A stretch of DNA of 32,224 nt from a virus, in the UHGV virus genome UHGV-0122054, one strand, 5' to 3'. A program made the position numbers and the translations under genes. The stretch's first letter is position 1; each line of letters starts with the position of its first letter. Positions 14,567 through 24,014 of the stretch are shown here, piece by piece. Below the pieces are notes generated by a model. The model had not been told where the DNA came from, searched no databases, and saw only the letters and a program-made list of their open reading frames with translations.

Positions 14567-16224
14567 TACCTGTATGGAGCACAGCCTGCCCGGACTGGGC
14601 AGAGCGCCTGAAAAAGGGGCTGTCGATTATTCCGGATCCGATTTATCCGGACGAGGCCGCACATGCCCTGGCGATTTTTAAACAACTGCGGATTGTGGAT
14701 GCACCTGGTAGCCCGACGTTCGGGGAGTCCTGTGCACCGTGGGTGTTTGACCTGGTGGCGGCCCTGTTTGGCTCCTACGATGCGCAGACCGGTGTACGCC
14801 ATATCAAGGAAGTTTTTATCCTTATCCCCAAGAAAAACTCGAAGTCCACGCTGGCCGCGGGGATCATGATGACTGCACTGTTACTGAACTGGCGGCAGGC
14901 GGCGGGTTACACGATTCTGGCCCCGACTGTGGAGGTGGCGGCCAACGCCTTCAACCCTGCCCGGGATATGGTACGACGTGACGATGATCTGGATGACCTC
15001 TGCCAGGTACAGACCCATATCCGGACCATCACCCACAGGGTGACAGACACCACCCTGAAGGTGGTGGCTGCCGATCCGAATACGGTGTCCGGTATCAAGT
15101 CCGTGGGTACGCTGATTGATGAGTTGTGGCTGTTTGGCAAGCAGTGCAAGGCGGAGGACATGTTACGTGAAGCCATAGGCGGCCTTGCCTCCCGCCCGGA
15201 AGGGTTTGTGGTGTATACGACCACCCAGTCGAATGAACCGCCTGCCGGGGTGTTCAGACAGAAACTGCAGTACGCCCGGGATGTGCGCGACGGCAAAATT
15301 CATGATCCGCACTTTCTGCCGGTGATATTTGAACACCCTCCTGAAATGGTGGAAAGCGGGGCTCACCTGCTGATGGAAAACCTCGCCATGGTCAATCCGA
15401 ATCTCGGCTATTCAGTGGATGAGGCCTTTCTGTACCGGGAGTACCGTAAAGCCCGGGAAGCCGGTGAAGAGACATTCCGGGGGTTCATGTCAAAACACGC
15501 CAATGTGGAAATTGGTCTTGCCCTGCGCTCTGACCGCTGGGCGGGGGCTGATTTCTGGGAAGAGCAGGGCCGTTGTATCAGCCTGGACGATATCCTGCGT
15601 CGTGCTGATGTGGTGACGGTGGGGATTGACGGCGGAGGGCTGGATGATCTGCTGGGGATGTATGTGATTGGGCGTGACCGGGAGACCCGCGAATGGCTGG
15701 GCTGGGGCCATGCCTGGGCGCATGAAACCGCGGTGGTCCGACGGAAGAGCGAGGCGTCCCGGTTTCAGGATCTTGTTGCCTGTGGAGATATGACCATTGT
15801 CCGGCGTGTCGGGGATGACACGGCGGAAGTGGCGGAATATGTGCGTCGCATTCATGAGGCTGAGTTACTGGACCATATCGGTATTGACCCGTCAGGGGTG
15901 GGGCAGATTCTGGATTCACTGGCGGAAGCCGGGATCCCCGACGGAATTGTGGTGGGGATAAGCCAGGGCTGGAAGCTGGGCGGGGCCATCAAAACCACCG
16001 AGCGCAAACTGGCTGAAGGGGTACTGGTGCATGGTGGCCAGCCCCTGATGGCCTGGTGTGTCGGCAATGCCCGGGTGGAGCCTAAAGGTAACGCCATCCT
16101 TATTACCAAACAGGCCAGCGGACGGGGAAAAATTGACCCGCTGATGGCGCTCTTCAATGCGGTGTCCCTGATGTCCCTGAATCCGGAACCGAAAAAGAAA
16201 GCGTATGAGGTTTTTTTCATATAA
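14563..16224 (+). CDS. Terminase large subunit
   Basis: 553 aa; P-loop ILIPKKNSKST and C-terminal nuclease-type VGIDGGGLDD motif. Confidence 0.9.
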   Translation: MIPVWSTACPDWAERLKKGLSIIPDPIYPDEAAHALAIFKQLRIVDAPGSPTFGESCAPWVFDLVAALFGSYDAQTGVRHIKEVFILIPKKNSKSTLAAGIMMTALLLNWRQAAGYTILAPTVEVAANAFNPARDMVRRDDDLDDLCQVQTHIRTITHRVTDTTLKVVAADPNTVSGIKSVGTLIDELWLFGKQCKAEDMLREAIGGLASRPEGFVVYTTTQSNEPPAGVFRQKLQYARDVRDGKIHDPHFLPVIFEHPPEMVESGAHLLMENLAMVNPNLGYSVDEAFLYREYRKAREAGEETFRGFMSKHANVEIGLALRSDRWAGADFWEEQGRCISLDDILRRADVVTVGIDGGGLDDLLGMYVIGRDRETREWLGWGHAWAHETAVVRRKSEASRFQDLVACGDMTIVRRVGDDTAEVAEYVRRIHEAELLDHIGIDPSGVGQILDSLAEAGIPDGIVVGISQGWKLGGAIKTTERKLAEGVLVHGGQPLMAWCVGNARVEPKGNAILITKQASGRGKIDPLMALFNAVSLMSLNPEPKKKAYEVFFI

Positions 16225-16288
16225 CCCTGCTCACCCTGTAACCATCATGAACCGCTGCGGCGGTTTTTTTTATTTTCAGGAGGCTGAT

Positions 16289-18226
16289 GTGACTCTTAAA
16301 CGGGCCTGTTCCCTGCTGACGGTGAAATCCTTCAGTGAGGATGAACGGGTGATCACCGGGATTGCGTCAACGCCTTCTCCGGATCGGGATGGTGACATCC
16401 TGGAGCCGGAGGGGGCGGAGTTTGGCAGTACGATCCCGTTTCTCTGGCAGCATGACCATTCCCGCCCTGTAGGCCAGTGTACGGTGCGTCGGATCAGGGA
16501 AGGGCTGGAAATCACGGCAACACTGGTGAAGCCCGTACCGGATATGCCGTCGCAACTGGCTGCCCGGCTGGATGAGGCATGGGCTGCCATTAAGACCGGG
16601 CTGGTCAGGGGGCTTTCTGTGGGCTTCCGGCCCCATGAATACACTTATCTGGACGGAGGCGGACTGCATTTTCTGCGCTGGGAGCTGATGGAGGTGTCTG
16701 CCGTCACCGTGCCCGCGAATGCGGAATGCACCATCCAGACCATTAAATCTTTCGACCGCCCGTTTTCTGCCGCGTCCGGCAACCGGAAACCGGTGGTGAA
16801 AATCGCATCTTCTGCCGGCGCTTCGGCACAGTCAATAACCTCTTTTCATAAGGAAAAGTCAGCAATGAATACTGGTGAACAGATTAAAAGTTTTGAAAAC
16901 AAGCGTGCGGCGCTGGCAGCCTCCCTTGAGGAGGTCATGACCAAAGCCGCAGAGGAAGGCCGCACACTGGATGTGGAAGAGGAAGAGCACTACGACAACA
17001 CCGCAGCGGAAATCCGTCAGGTGGATGCGCACCTGAAGCGTCTGCGTGAACTGGAAACCAGTAAGGCCGCCACGGCACAGCCGGTGAAACAGGCCGGTAA
17101 CGGGAATGTGGCCACGGTGGCTTCAGCGCCGGTGATCCGTGTTGAGCAGAAACTGGAGAAGGGGATTGGTTTCGCCCGCTTTGCCAAATCACTGGCCGCG
17201 GCTAAAGGTGTCCGCTCTGAAGCCCTGGAAGTGGCCCGTCGTCAGTATCCGGATGACAGCCGTCTGCATCATGTCCTGAAGTCGGCGGTGGGGGCAGGGA
17301 CCACCACGGACCCACAGTGGGCAGGCAGCCTGTCTGAATATCAGGAATATGCGCAGGACTTTATTGATTATCTGCGTCCGCAGACCATTATCGGGCGATT
17401 TGGTCATGGCGGGATCCCGGCACTTCGTCAGGTGCCGTTCAATATTCGCGTGCATGCCCAGGTGTCCGGTGGTGCTGCCGGCTGGGTGGGGCAGGGTAAG
17501 GCCAGACCCCTGACGAAGTTTGATTTTGAATCCATCACCTTCAGTCATGCGAAGGTGGCGGCTATTGCGGTACTGACGGAAGAGCTGATCCGTTTTTCCA
17601 GTCCTGCCGCCGATGCGCTGGTCCGTAATGCACTGGCGGAAGCGGTGGTGGCGCGTCTGGACACAGACTTTGTGGACCCGAAAAAAGCGGCGGTGGCCGA
17701 TGTTTCCCCTGCGTCCATCACCCATGATGTGAAGGGCACGGCATCAACCGGTAACCCGGATACGGATGCGGAAGCCGCGTTTGGTCAGTTTGTGGCAGCA
17801 AACCTGCAGCCCACCGGTGCGGTCTGGCTGATGTCCAGCACAAATGCCCTGGCGCTGTCCATGCGTAAAAATGCGCTGGGTCAGAAGGAATATCCGGACA
17901 TGACCCTGCTTGGCGGCACCTTCCAGGGCCTGCCGGTGATTGTCTCCCAGTACGTGGGTGACCAGCTGGTGCTGGTGAATGCGCCGGATATTTATCTGGC
18001 TGATGACGGCGGTGTGGCGGTGGATATGTCCCGTGAAGCGTCACTGGAGATGCAGTCTGAACCGACCAGCGACAGCAGCACACCGTCACCGGTGGAGCTG
18101 GTCTCCATGTTCCAGACCGGCAGCGTGGCCATCCGTGCGGAGCGCTGGATCAACTGGCGTCGTCGCCGTACCGCGGCAGTGGCGGTGATCACCGGTGTGA
18201 ACTACGGAACTGCGTCCGGCGGCTGA
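16289..18226 (+). CDS. Prohead protease fused to HK97-fold major capsid protein
   Basis: Track ORF 16205..18226; preferred GTG 16289 after AGGAGG; N-terminal part resembles HK97 prohead protease, C-terminal part aligns with the HK97 major capsid protein pattern. Confidence 0.7.
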   Translation: MTLKRACSLLTVKSFSEDERVITGIASTPSPDRDGDILEPEGAEFGSTIPFLWQHDHSRPVGQCTVRRIREGLEITATLVKPVPDMPSQLAARLDEAWAAIKTGLVRGLSVGFRPHEYTYLDGGGLHFLRWELMEVSAVTVPANAECTIQTIKSFDRPFSAASGNRKPVVKIASSAGASAQSITSFHKEKSAMNTGEQIKSFENKRAALAASLEEVMTKAAEEGRTLDVEEEEHYDNTAAEIRQVDAHLKRLRELETSKAATAQPVKQAGNGNVATVASAPVIRVEQKLEKGIGFARFAKSLAAAKGVRSEALEVARRQYPDDSRLHHVLKSAVGAGTTTDPQWAGSLSEYQEYAQDFIDYLRPQTIIGRFGHGGIPALRQVPFNIRVHAQVSGGAAGWVGQGKARPLTKFDFESITFSHAKVAAIAVLTEELIRFSSPAADALVRNALAEAVVARLDTDFVDPKKAAVADVSPASITHDVKGTASTGNPDTDAEAAFGQFVAANLQPTGAVWLMSSTNALALSMRKNALGQKEYPDMTLLGGTFQGLPVIVSQYVGDQLVLVNAPDIYLADDGGVAVDMSREASLEMQSEPTSDSSTPSPVELVSMFQTGSVAIRAERWINWRRRRTAAVAVITGVNYGTASGG

Positions 18227-18270
18227 GTCTGATGAGGAGGGCGGGAGGCGCGAGCTTCCCGCAGTAACTG

Positions 18271-18492
18271 ATGGCAAAAATCCAGTATCTGCAGGGCACG
18301 CATGATGCCCGGGCCGGGGATATCCGTGATGTGGCACAGCCGTGTGCGGAGGTGCTGGTTCGCCTGGGGAAGGCGGAGTACATCACAGTGCGACGTCCGG
18401 CAGGTCAGAAAAAGAAACGTGATGCGGAGCATGGCGAATGTGGAACCTTTTGCGGCGAACCCGAAAAAACCAGAAATCAGGACGTGATGTAA
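18271..18492 (+). CDS. Hypothetical small head-module protein (73 aa)
   Basis: ORF between capsid and portal genes in the same orientation; overlaps the portal start; no recognised domain. Confidence 0.3.
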   Translation: MAKIQYLQGTHDARAGDIRDVAQPCAEVLVRLGKAEYITVRRPAGQKKKRDAEHGECGTFCGEPEKTRNQDVM

Positions 18493-19802
18493 AAGAGGTG
18501 GGCTGGACCAGCCTGTTTCAGGCGGTGGCTGAGCCTTTTGCCGGTGCCTGGCAGCAGGGTGTGAAAGCCGATCCGGAAACCGTTTTGTCCTTTCACGCGG
18601 TGTTTTCTTGCATTTCGCTGATATCCCAGGATATCGCCAAAATGCGGCTGCGCCTGATGCAGACCGATACACAGGGGATCCGCCGTGAAAAACGACAGGG
18701 GGATATTGCCCGTCTCTGTCGTCGTCCCAATGCACAGCAGAATCGTATCCAGTTTTTTGAACTGTGGCTGAACGCCAAACTGCGTCACGGCAATACGGTG
18801 GTGCTGAAAATCCGTAACTCCCGGGGGCAGATCAAAGAACTGCGTATTCTGGACTGGAGCCGGGTTGAACCTCTGGTGGCGGATGACGGCGAGGTGTTCT
18901 ATCGCATTACACCGGACCGGAACTGCGGGATCACTGAGGCGGTGACGGTGCCTGCCAGGGAAGTGATCCACGACCGGTTTAACTGTTTTTTTCATCCGCT
19001 TGTGGGGCTGCCGCCGGTGTATGCTGCCGGGCTGGCGGCCACGCAGGGGCATCATATTCAGGAAAATTCGACGTCTTTTTTCAGAAATGGCGGCAGGCCG
19101 TCCGGGGTGATTGAGATCCCCGGCAGTATTACGGAAGAAAATGCGAAAAAACTGAAGAGCAACTGGGACAGCGGGTATACAGGCGAAAATGCGGGGAAAA
19201 CGGCCATTCTGAGCAACGGGGCAAAATACAACCCCACGACGTTTTCACCGGTGGATGCGCAGACGGTGGAACAACTGAAGATGACCGCTGAAATTGTCTG
19301 TTCGGTGTTCCGTGTCCCGGCCTACAAGATTGGCGTGGGACAACCGCCTTCCAGTGACAACGTGGAGGCGCTGGAGCAGCAGTATTATTCCCAGTGCCTG
19401 CAGACGCTGATTGAGTCCATTGAACTGTTACTGGATGAGGCGCTGGAAACGGGGGAAAACGAGAGTACAGAATTTGATGTCACCACGCTGCTGAGAATGG
19501 ACAGTGAGCGGCGCATGAAAACGCTGGGGGATGCGGTGAAAAATACGCTTCTCACGCCCAATGAGGCCCGTAAACGGGAGAACCTGCCGCCTCTGGCCGG
19601 CGGTGATGCACTGTATCTTCAGCAGCAGAACTACAGTCTGGAGGCGCTGTCCCGTCGTGATGCCCGTGAGGATCCGTTCGCGTCGACCGGGAAAACAGTT
19701 TCATCACAGCTGCCTGACGGCGCATCTGACGGTAATAAGGCCATAAGCGAAACAGAGCGTGATGCGGTGAAGGCGATGTTCAGGGGGATACTGCGAAAAT
19801 GA
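18438..19802 (+). CDS. Portal protein (HK97-family type)
   Basis: 454 aa; FFRNGGRPSGVIEIPG and NWDSGYTGENAGKTAILSNGAKY resemble portal-family motifs; acidic C-terminus. Confidence 0.65.
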   Translation: MWNLLRRTRKNQKSGRDVKEVGWTSLFQAVAEPFAGAWQQGVKADPETVLSFHAVFSCISLISQDIAKMRLRLMQTDTQGIRREKRQGDIARLCRRPNAQQNRIQFFELWLNAKLRHGNTVVLKIRNSRGQIKELRILDWSRVEPLVADDGEVFYRITPDRNCGITEAVTVPAREVIHDRFNCFFHPLVGLPPVYAAGLAATQGHHIQENSTSFFRNGGRPSGVIEIPGSITEENAKKLKSNWDSGYTGENAGKTAILSNGAKYNPTTFSPVDAQTVEQLKMTAEIVCSVFRVPAYKIGVGQPPSSDNVEALEQQYYSQCLQTLIESIELLLDEALETGENESTEFDVTTLLRMDSERRMKTLGDAVKNTLLTPNEARKRENLPPLAGGDALYLQQQNYSLEALSRRDAREDPFASTGKTVSSQLPDGASDGNKAISETERDAVKAMFRGILRK

Positions 19803-21022
19803 CAGAGCGTGAACTGTCCATTATCCGTGCGCTGGGTGAAGAATTCGCCACGGTGCTGGCGGATTTACAGCGCACATTTGAGGAGAAGATGGCCGCACAG
19901 TCGGGGGCGTTTGAAGAGAAACTGGCTTCCCTGTCTGCTCTGTTACAGAAGCATGTGACGGTGGATGAGGTGCGCCCTGTTCTGCAGGCGATGATGAATG
20001 ACGCCGTGGGGGCCATTCCGGTACCGCGCGATGGTCGTGATTATGATCCGGAGGTGCTGCAGCAGGCGGTGAATGATGCGGTCGCGAAAATACCGGTACC
20101 GGCGGACGGTAAAAGTGTCACTGCGGATGATGTACGCCCGATGATCGAGCAGATGGTGAAGGACGCAGTGAGTCATATCCCTGCTCCGCGCGATGGTCGT
20201 GATTATGATCCGGAGGTGCTGCAGCAGGCGGTGAATGATGCGGTCGCGAAAATACCGGTACCGGCGGACGGTAAAAGTGTCACTGCGGATGATGTACGCC
20301 CGATGATCGAGCAGATGGTGAAGGACGCAGTGAGTCATATCCCTGCTCCGCGCGATGGTCGTGATTATGATCCGGAGGTGCTGCTGAGGGCGGTGAATGA
20401 CGCTGTCGGAAAACTTCCGGTACCGGCAGATGGAAAAAGTATCACACCGGATGATGTGCGTCCGATGCTCGAGCAGATGGTGACGGATGCCGTGAGTCAT
20501 ATCCCCGTTCCGCGCGACGGTCGTGACTACGATCCGGAAGTTCTGCAGAAGGCGGTTCTGGATGCGGTGAGTGCCCTGCCGGCTCCACAGGACGGGCGTG
20601 ATGCTACGGCACTGGAAATATTCCCGGCGATTGATGAGCAAAAATCCTTTCCCCGGGGCACGTATGCCACACACCAGGGCGGACTCTGGCGGGCGTATGA
20701 AAAAACGCACGGGATGCGGGGATGGGAATGCCTGGTTGACGGGGTGGCCGATATTGACGTCAGCATGACCGGCGAACGGTCGTTCACTGTGGTGGTCCGG
20801 CAGAGCAGTGGCCAGTGTACGGAAAAAACATTTTCCCTGCCGGTGATGCTCTATCGCGGTGTATTCAGAACCGGCGAAACCTACCACCCCGGCGATACGG
20901 TGACGTGGGGGGGCTCGCTGTGGCACTGCAACAGCATGACCGGTGATAAACCCGGAGAAGCTCATTCATCAGGCTGGACCCTGGCTGCAAAACGAGGGCG
21001 GGATGCAGGAGGTGGAAAGTGA
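19799..21022 (+). CDS. Repeat-containing head-module protein of unknown function
   Basis: 407 aa; ATGA coupling to portal; contains 54-aa tandem repeats (IPxPRDGRDYDPEVLQQAVNDAV...). Confidence 0.6.
   Translation: MTERELSIIRALGEEFATVLADLQRTFEEKMAAQSGAFEEKLASLSALLQKHVTVDEVRPVLQAMMNDAVGAIPVPRDGRDYDPEVLQQAVNDAVAKIPVPADGKSVTADDVRPMIEQMVKDAVSHIPAPRDGRDYDPEVLQQAVNDAVAKIPVPADGKSVTADDVRPMIEQMVKDAVSHIPAPRDGRDYDPEVLLRAVNDAVGKLPVPADGKSITPDDVRPMLEQMVTDAVSHIPVPRDGRDYDPEVLQKAVLDAVSALPAPQDGRDATALEIFPAIDEQKSFPRGTYATHQGGLWRAYEKTHGMRGWECLVDGVADIDVSMTGERSFTVVVRQSSGQCTEKTFSLPVMLYRGVFRTGETYHPGDTVTWGGSLWHCNSMTGDKPGEAHSSGWTLAAKRGRDAGGGK
20024..20509 (+). repeat. Three tandem 162-bp in-frame coding repeats (copies 1 and 2 identical)
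   Basis: Copies at 20024-20185 and 20186-20347 are identical by direct comparison; copy 3 (20348-20509) diverged; a partial fourth copy follows. Confidence 0.85.
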
Positions 21023-21345
21023 CAGCATTACTGACACTGGAAGAAATCAAGGCTCATCTGCGTGTTGACCATGACGCGGATGATGACATGCTGATGGACA
21101 AGGTTCGTCAGGCTACAGCTGTGCTGCTGGCCTACATTCAGGGCAGCCGGGATAAGGTAATCCGTGAGGACGGTGAACTGATCCCGGGCGAGGCATTAAC
21201 CCGGATGAAGGGGGCTGCCATGCGCCTGACCGGGATGTTGTACCGGAATCCGGATCTTGCGGAGCGGGAAGACCTCGTGCAGGGGGAACTGCCGTTTTCT
21301 GTGTCCGTGCTGATTTACGATTTGCGTTGTCCGACGGTGTTATGA
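21019..21345 (+). CDS. Head-tail connector protein (gp6-like)
   Basis: 108 aa; ATGA coupling to upstream gene; N-terminus LTLEEIKAHLRVDHDADDD typical of this family. Confidence 0.65.
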   Translation: MTALLTLEEIKAHLRVDHDADDDMLMDKVRQATAVLLAYIQGSRDKVIREDGELIPGEALTRMKGAAMRLTGMLYRNPDLAEREDLVQGELPFSVSVLIYDLRCPTVL

Positions 21346-21356
21346 GGAGGGGGGGG

Positions 21357-21707
21357 ATGGCAATATCTGCAGGTCGTCTGACACAGATGATAAGTGTTCT
21401 GAACCCGGTGTTAACCCGTAATGCTGCCGGAGAAATGACGGAAGAGTGGGTGTCATGCGGGAAAATTCATGCGGATATCCGGGGCAGGAGCAGCCGGGAG
21501 CGGATGCAGTCCGGTGCGGAAATGGCTCAGGCGGAAATCCGCATCTGGGTGCGCGGTCAGTCCGGCCGGGAAATCACAGCAGCGTCACGACTTCATGTGC
21601 TGAGTGGTCCATGGCGTGACCGGATCCTGAACGTTGTCGGGCTGCCCGTGCCGGATACGACCGGCGGGCGTCTGGAAATTCTCTGTCGGCTGGGAGGGGA
21701 AAAATGA
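21357..21707 (+). CDS. Head closure / head-tail joining protein
   Basis: Track ORF 21327..21707; preferred ATG 21357 directly after GAGGAGGGGGGGG. Confidence 0.55.
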   Translation: MAISAGRLTQMISVLNPVLTRNAAGEMTEEWVSCGKIHADIRGRSSRERMQSGAEMAQAEIRIWVRGQSGREITAASRLHVLSGPWRDRILNVVGLPVPDTTGGRLEILCRLGGEK

Positions 21708-22150
21708 TCGAAACCCTGCTGGATTTTTCGGGGCTGGAGGACATCAGCCGCGATTTGCAGCTTCTGAGTGGTGCGGAAAATAACCGGGTGCTGCGTGAGG
21801 CAACCCGTGCGGGTGCGAATGTGCTGAAAGAAGAAGTGGTGTCACGGGCACCGGTACGCAGGGGAAAACTGCGCCGCAATGTGGTGATCCTTTCCCGGCG
21901 CTCCCGCGATGGCGGGATGGAATCCGGTGTCCATATCCGTGGTGTTAATCCGGACACCGGTAACAGCGATAACACCATGAAGGCGGATAACCCGCGCAAT
22001 GCTTTCTACTGGCGGTTTGTGGAAATGGGGACCGTGAATATGCCACCGCACCCGTTTGTGCGCCCGGCGTTTGATGTGCGCAGTGAACAGGCAGCTCAGG
22101 TGGCGATTGCGCGGATGAACCGGGCCATTGATGAGGTACTGAGACGATGA
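21704..22150 (+). CDS. Tail component (HK97 gp10-like)
   Basis: 148 aa; ATGA coupling; conserved ...FYWRFVEMGT...HPFVRPAF... region. Confidence 0.65.
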   Translation: MIETLLDFSGLEDISRDLQLLSGAENNRVLREATRAGANVLKEEVVSRAPVRRGKLRRNVVILSRRSRDGGMESGVHIRGVNPDTGNSDNTMKADNPRNAFYWRFVEMGTVNMPPHPFVRPAFDVRSEQAAQVAIARMNRAIDEVLRR

Positions 22151-22491
22151 CGGAGGCGGATTTGTATCCTCATCTGGCGCATCTTGCCGGCGGGCAGGTG
22201 TACCCGTATGTGGTCCCCCTGCTGGATGGCAGGCCGTCGGTGGCGCTTCCGTGGGTGGTTTTCAGCCTGATTTCATCGGTGTCAGCGGACGTGATGGGCG
22301 GGCAGGCGGAGTCCTCAGTGTCGGTGCAGATAGACGTTTATGCCGGGACTGTGACGCAGGCGCGTCAGATACGTCAGGACGCCCGTGAAGCCATAATGCT
22401 GCTGGCCCCGGGATCCGTCAGTGAAATGCAGGACTATATTCCGGAAAACCGCTGTTACCGTGCAACCCTGGAGTTTCAGGTCACGGTGTGA
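22147..22491 (+). CDS. Tail terminator / tail completion protein (tentative)
   Basis: 114 aa; ATGA coupling; position immediately upstream of the major tail gene. Confidence 0.5.
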   Translation: MTEADLYPHLAHLAGGQVYPYVVPLLDGRPSVALPWVVFSLISSVSADVMGGQAESSVSVQIDVYAGTVTQARQIRQDAREAIMLLAPGSVSEMQDYIPENRCYRATLEFQVTV

Positions 22492-22519
22492 CTTTTTCTT
22501 TTTTTCTACAAAACCATAC

Positions 22520-22540
22520 CCCGCCGCGTGCGGGTTTTTT
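22520..22540 (+). terminator. Intrinsic terminator-like hairpin before the major tail gene
   Basis: CCCGC-cgcgt-GCGGG hairpin followed by TTTTTT. Confidence 0.5.
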
Positions 22541-22556
22541 ATTATCAGGAGGCAGA

Positions 22557-23270
22557 ATGTCTGCTTTGTATGAACGCTCACAGCTGACGCAGGTGATGAT
22601 TTCATCTGCCCCGGCGACTGCTGAAACTATGGATAAGGCGGAATATCTGCGCCTGGACTGCACCATCAAGGAAGTCCAGTTCACCGCCGGTCAGAAACAG
22701 GATATTGATGTGACCACGCTCTGCTCCACAGAGCAGGAGAACATCAACGGTCTGGGGGCGTCGTCTGAGATTTCCATGTCGGGTAATTTTTATCTGAATC
22801 AGGCCCAGAACGCCCTGCGTGATGCCTATGACAATGACGCGTTGTATGCGTTTAAGGTGCTGTTTCCGTCCGGTAAGGGCTTTAAATTCCTGGCGGAAGT
22901 GCGTCAGCACACCTGGTCATCCGGTACCAACGGCGTGGTGGCTGCAACGTTCTCACTGCGTCTGAAAGGCAAACCGGTGTCCTTTGTGGTACCGCTGGCG
23001 TTTGTGAAAAATCTGGATAAAACACTTACCGTGAATACCGGTGCGCTGCTGACAATGTCAGTCAGTGCCAACGGGGGAACGCCGCCGTATAAATACGCCT
23101 GGAAGAAGGATGGTCAGCCGGTTGACGGGCAGACGACAGACACCTTCAGTAAGCCAGGTGCGCAGTCCGCTGATGCGGGGAAATATACCTGCGTGGTGAC
23201 CGATTCGGCAGAGAAAGCACAGAGTGTGACGTCTTTTGAATGCACCGTGACAGTGAGCGCAGCCGCCTGA
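22557..23270 (+). CDS. Major tail protein with C-terminal Ig-like domain
   Basis: Track ORF 22488..23270; ATG 22557 after AGGAGG; C-terminal GKYTCVVTD Ig-like motif as in lambda gpV-type proteins. Confidence 0.8.
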   Translation: MSALYERSQLTQVMISSAPATAETMDKAEYLRLDCTIKEVQFTAGQKQDIDVTTLCSTEQENINGLGASSEISMSGNFYLNQAQNALRDAYDNDALYAFKVLFPSGKGFKFLAEVRQHTWSSGTNGVVAATFSLRLKGKPVSFVVPLAFVKNLDKTLTVNTGALLTMSVSANGGTPPYKYAWKKDGQPVDGQTTDTFSKPGAQSADAGKYTCVVTDSAEKAQSVTSFECTVTVSAAA

Positions 23271-23287
23271 TAAGGGGATGGGTCATC

Positions 23288-23662
23288 ATGAAAAAGGATC
23301 TGAAAACGCTGGCGCTGGCCAGACTGTCAGGGTTTCGTCATAAAACGGTGAAGGTGCCGGAATGGGGTAATGTCAGCGTGGTGCTGCGGGAGCCTTCGGC
23401 AGAGGCCTGGTATCTGTGGCAGGAAGTGCTCAATGGTGATGGAGAGGATGACGATACCCTGTCGGTGGTGGCGAAAACCCGCCGTAACCTGGAAGCGGAT
23501 GTGACGCTGTTCTGCGATGTCCTGTGTGATACGGATCTGCAGCGGGTGTTCACTCCGGACGACCGTGAGCAGGTGCTGGCCGTCTATGGTCCGGTACATG
23601 CCCGGTTGCTGCGTCAGGCACTGGAACTGATCGCTGATGCAGAGTCGGCCAGAAAAAAGTAG
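23288..23662 (+). CDS. Tail assembly chaperone (gpG-like)
   Basis: ATG 23288; ends at TAG directly after slippery A AAA AAG (23653-23659). Confidence 0.7.
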   Translation: MKKDLKTLALARLSGFRHKTVKVPEWGNVSVVLREPSAEAWYLWQEVLNGDGEDDDTLSVVAKTRRNLEADVTLFCDVLCDTDLQRVFTPDDREQVLAVYGPVHARLLRQALELIADAESARKK

Positions 23663-23967
23663 CCCGCCCGGAAATTCGCTTTCTGATGCGACTTGCGCTC
23701 CGTCTGGGGCGCACCTTATCCGAACTGCGGCACAGCCTGAGTGCGAGCGAGGCGATGATGTGGATGGAGTTCGACAGGGTATCCCCGCTGGGTGATGAGC
23801 GCGGGGATATCCGTAATGCACAGATCGTGAAAGCGGTTTTCGGGGCACAGGGGATGAATGTTGCACTGAAGGACGCCATGCTCTGCTGGGGCGAGGATGA
23901 GGATAAGCCGGAGGTGGATCCGTTTGCGGCGCTGGAAGACGCGCTGAACTTTGCAGCACAGTCATGA
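23659..23967 (+). CDS. gpT-like extension, expressed as a G-T fusion by programmed -1 frameshift
   Basis: Frame -1 relative to G stays open from the slippery heptamer through 23967 (track ORF 23686..23967). Confidence 0.6.
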   Translation, partial: VARPEIRFLMRLALRLGRTLSELRHSLSASEAMMWMEFDRVSPLGDERGDIRNAQIVKAVFGAQGMNVALKDAMLCWGEDEDKPEVDPFAALEDALNFAAQS

Positions 23968-24014
23968 ATGATGAGAACCGCTGAGGCGGTTTTTTTACGC
24001 CCGGAGAAAGGTGA

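Noticed and set aside
14260-14802. 180-aa minus-strand ORF overlapping the terminase small/large subunit junction
   Set aside because: Antisense to coupled terminase genes; Gly/Arg/Pro-rich translation; no start context.
20024-20509. Tandem repeats as a CRISPR array
   Set aside because: Repeats are contiguous 162-bp units with no spacers, in frame within a coding gene, and translate to repeated protein segments.
19943-20965. 340-aa minus-strand ORF antisense to the repeat-containing head gene
   Set aside because: It exists only because the 162-bp repeats lack stops on the opposite strand; its translation is itself repetitive (IITTIARSRDMTHCVLHHLLDHRAYIIRSDTFTVRRYRYFRDRIIHRLLQHLR x2) and it is antisense to a coupled plus-strand gene.
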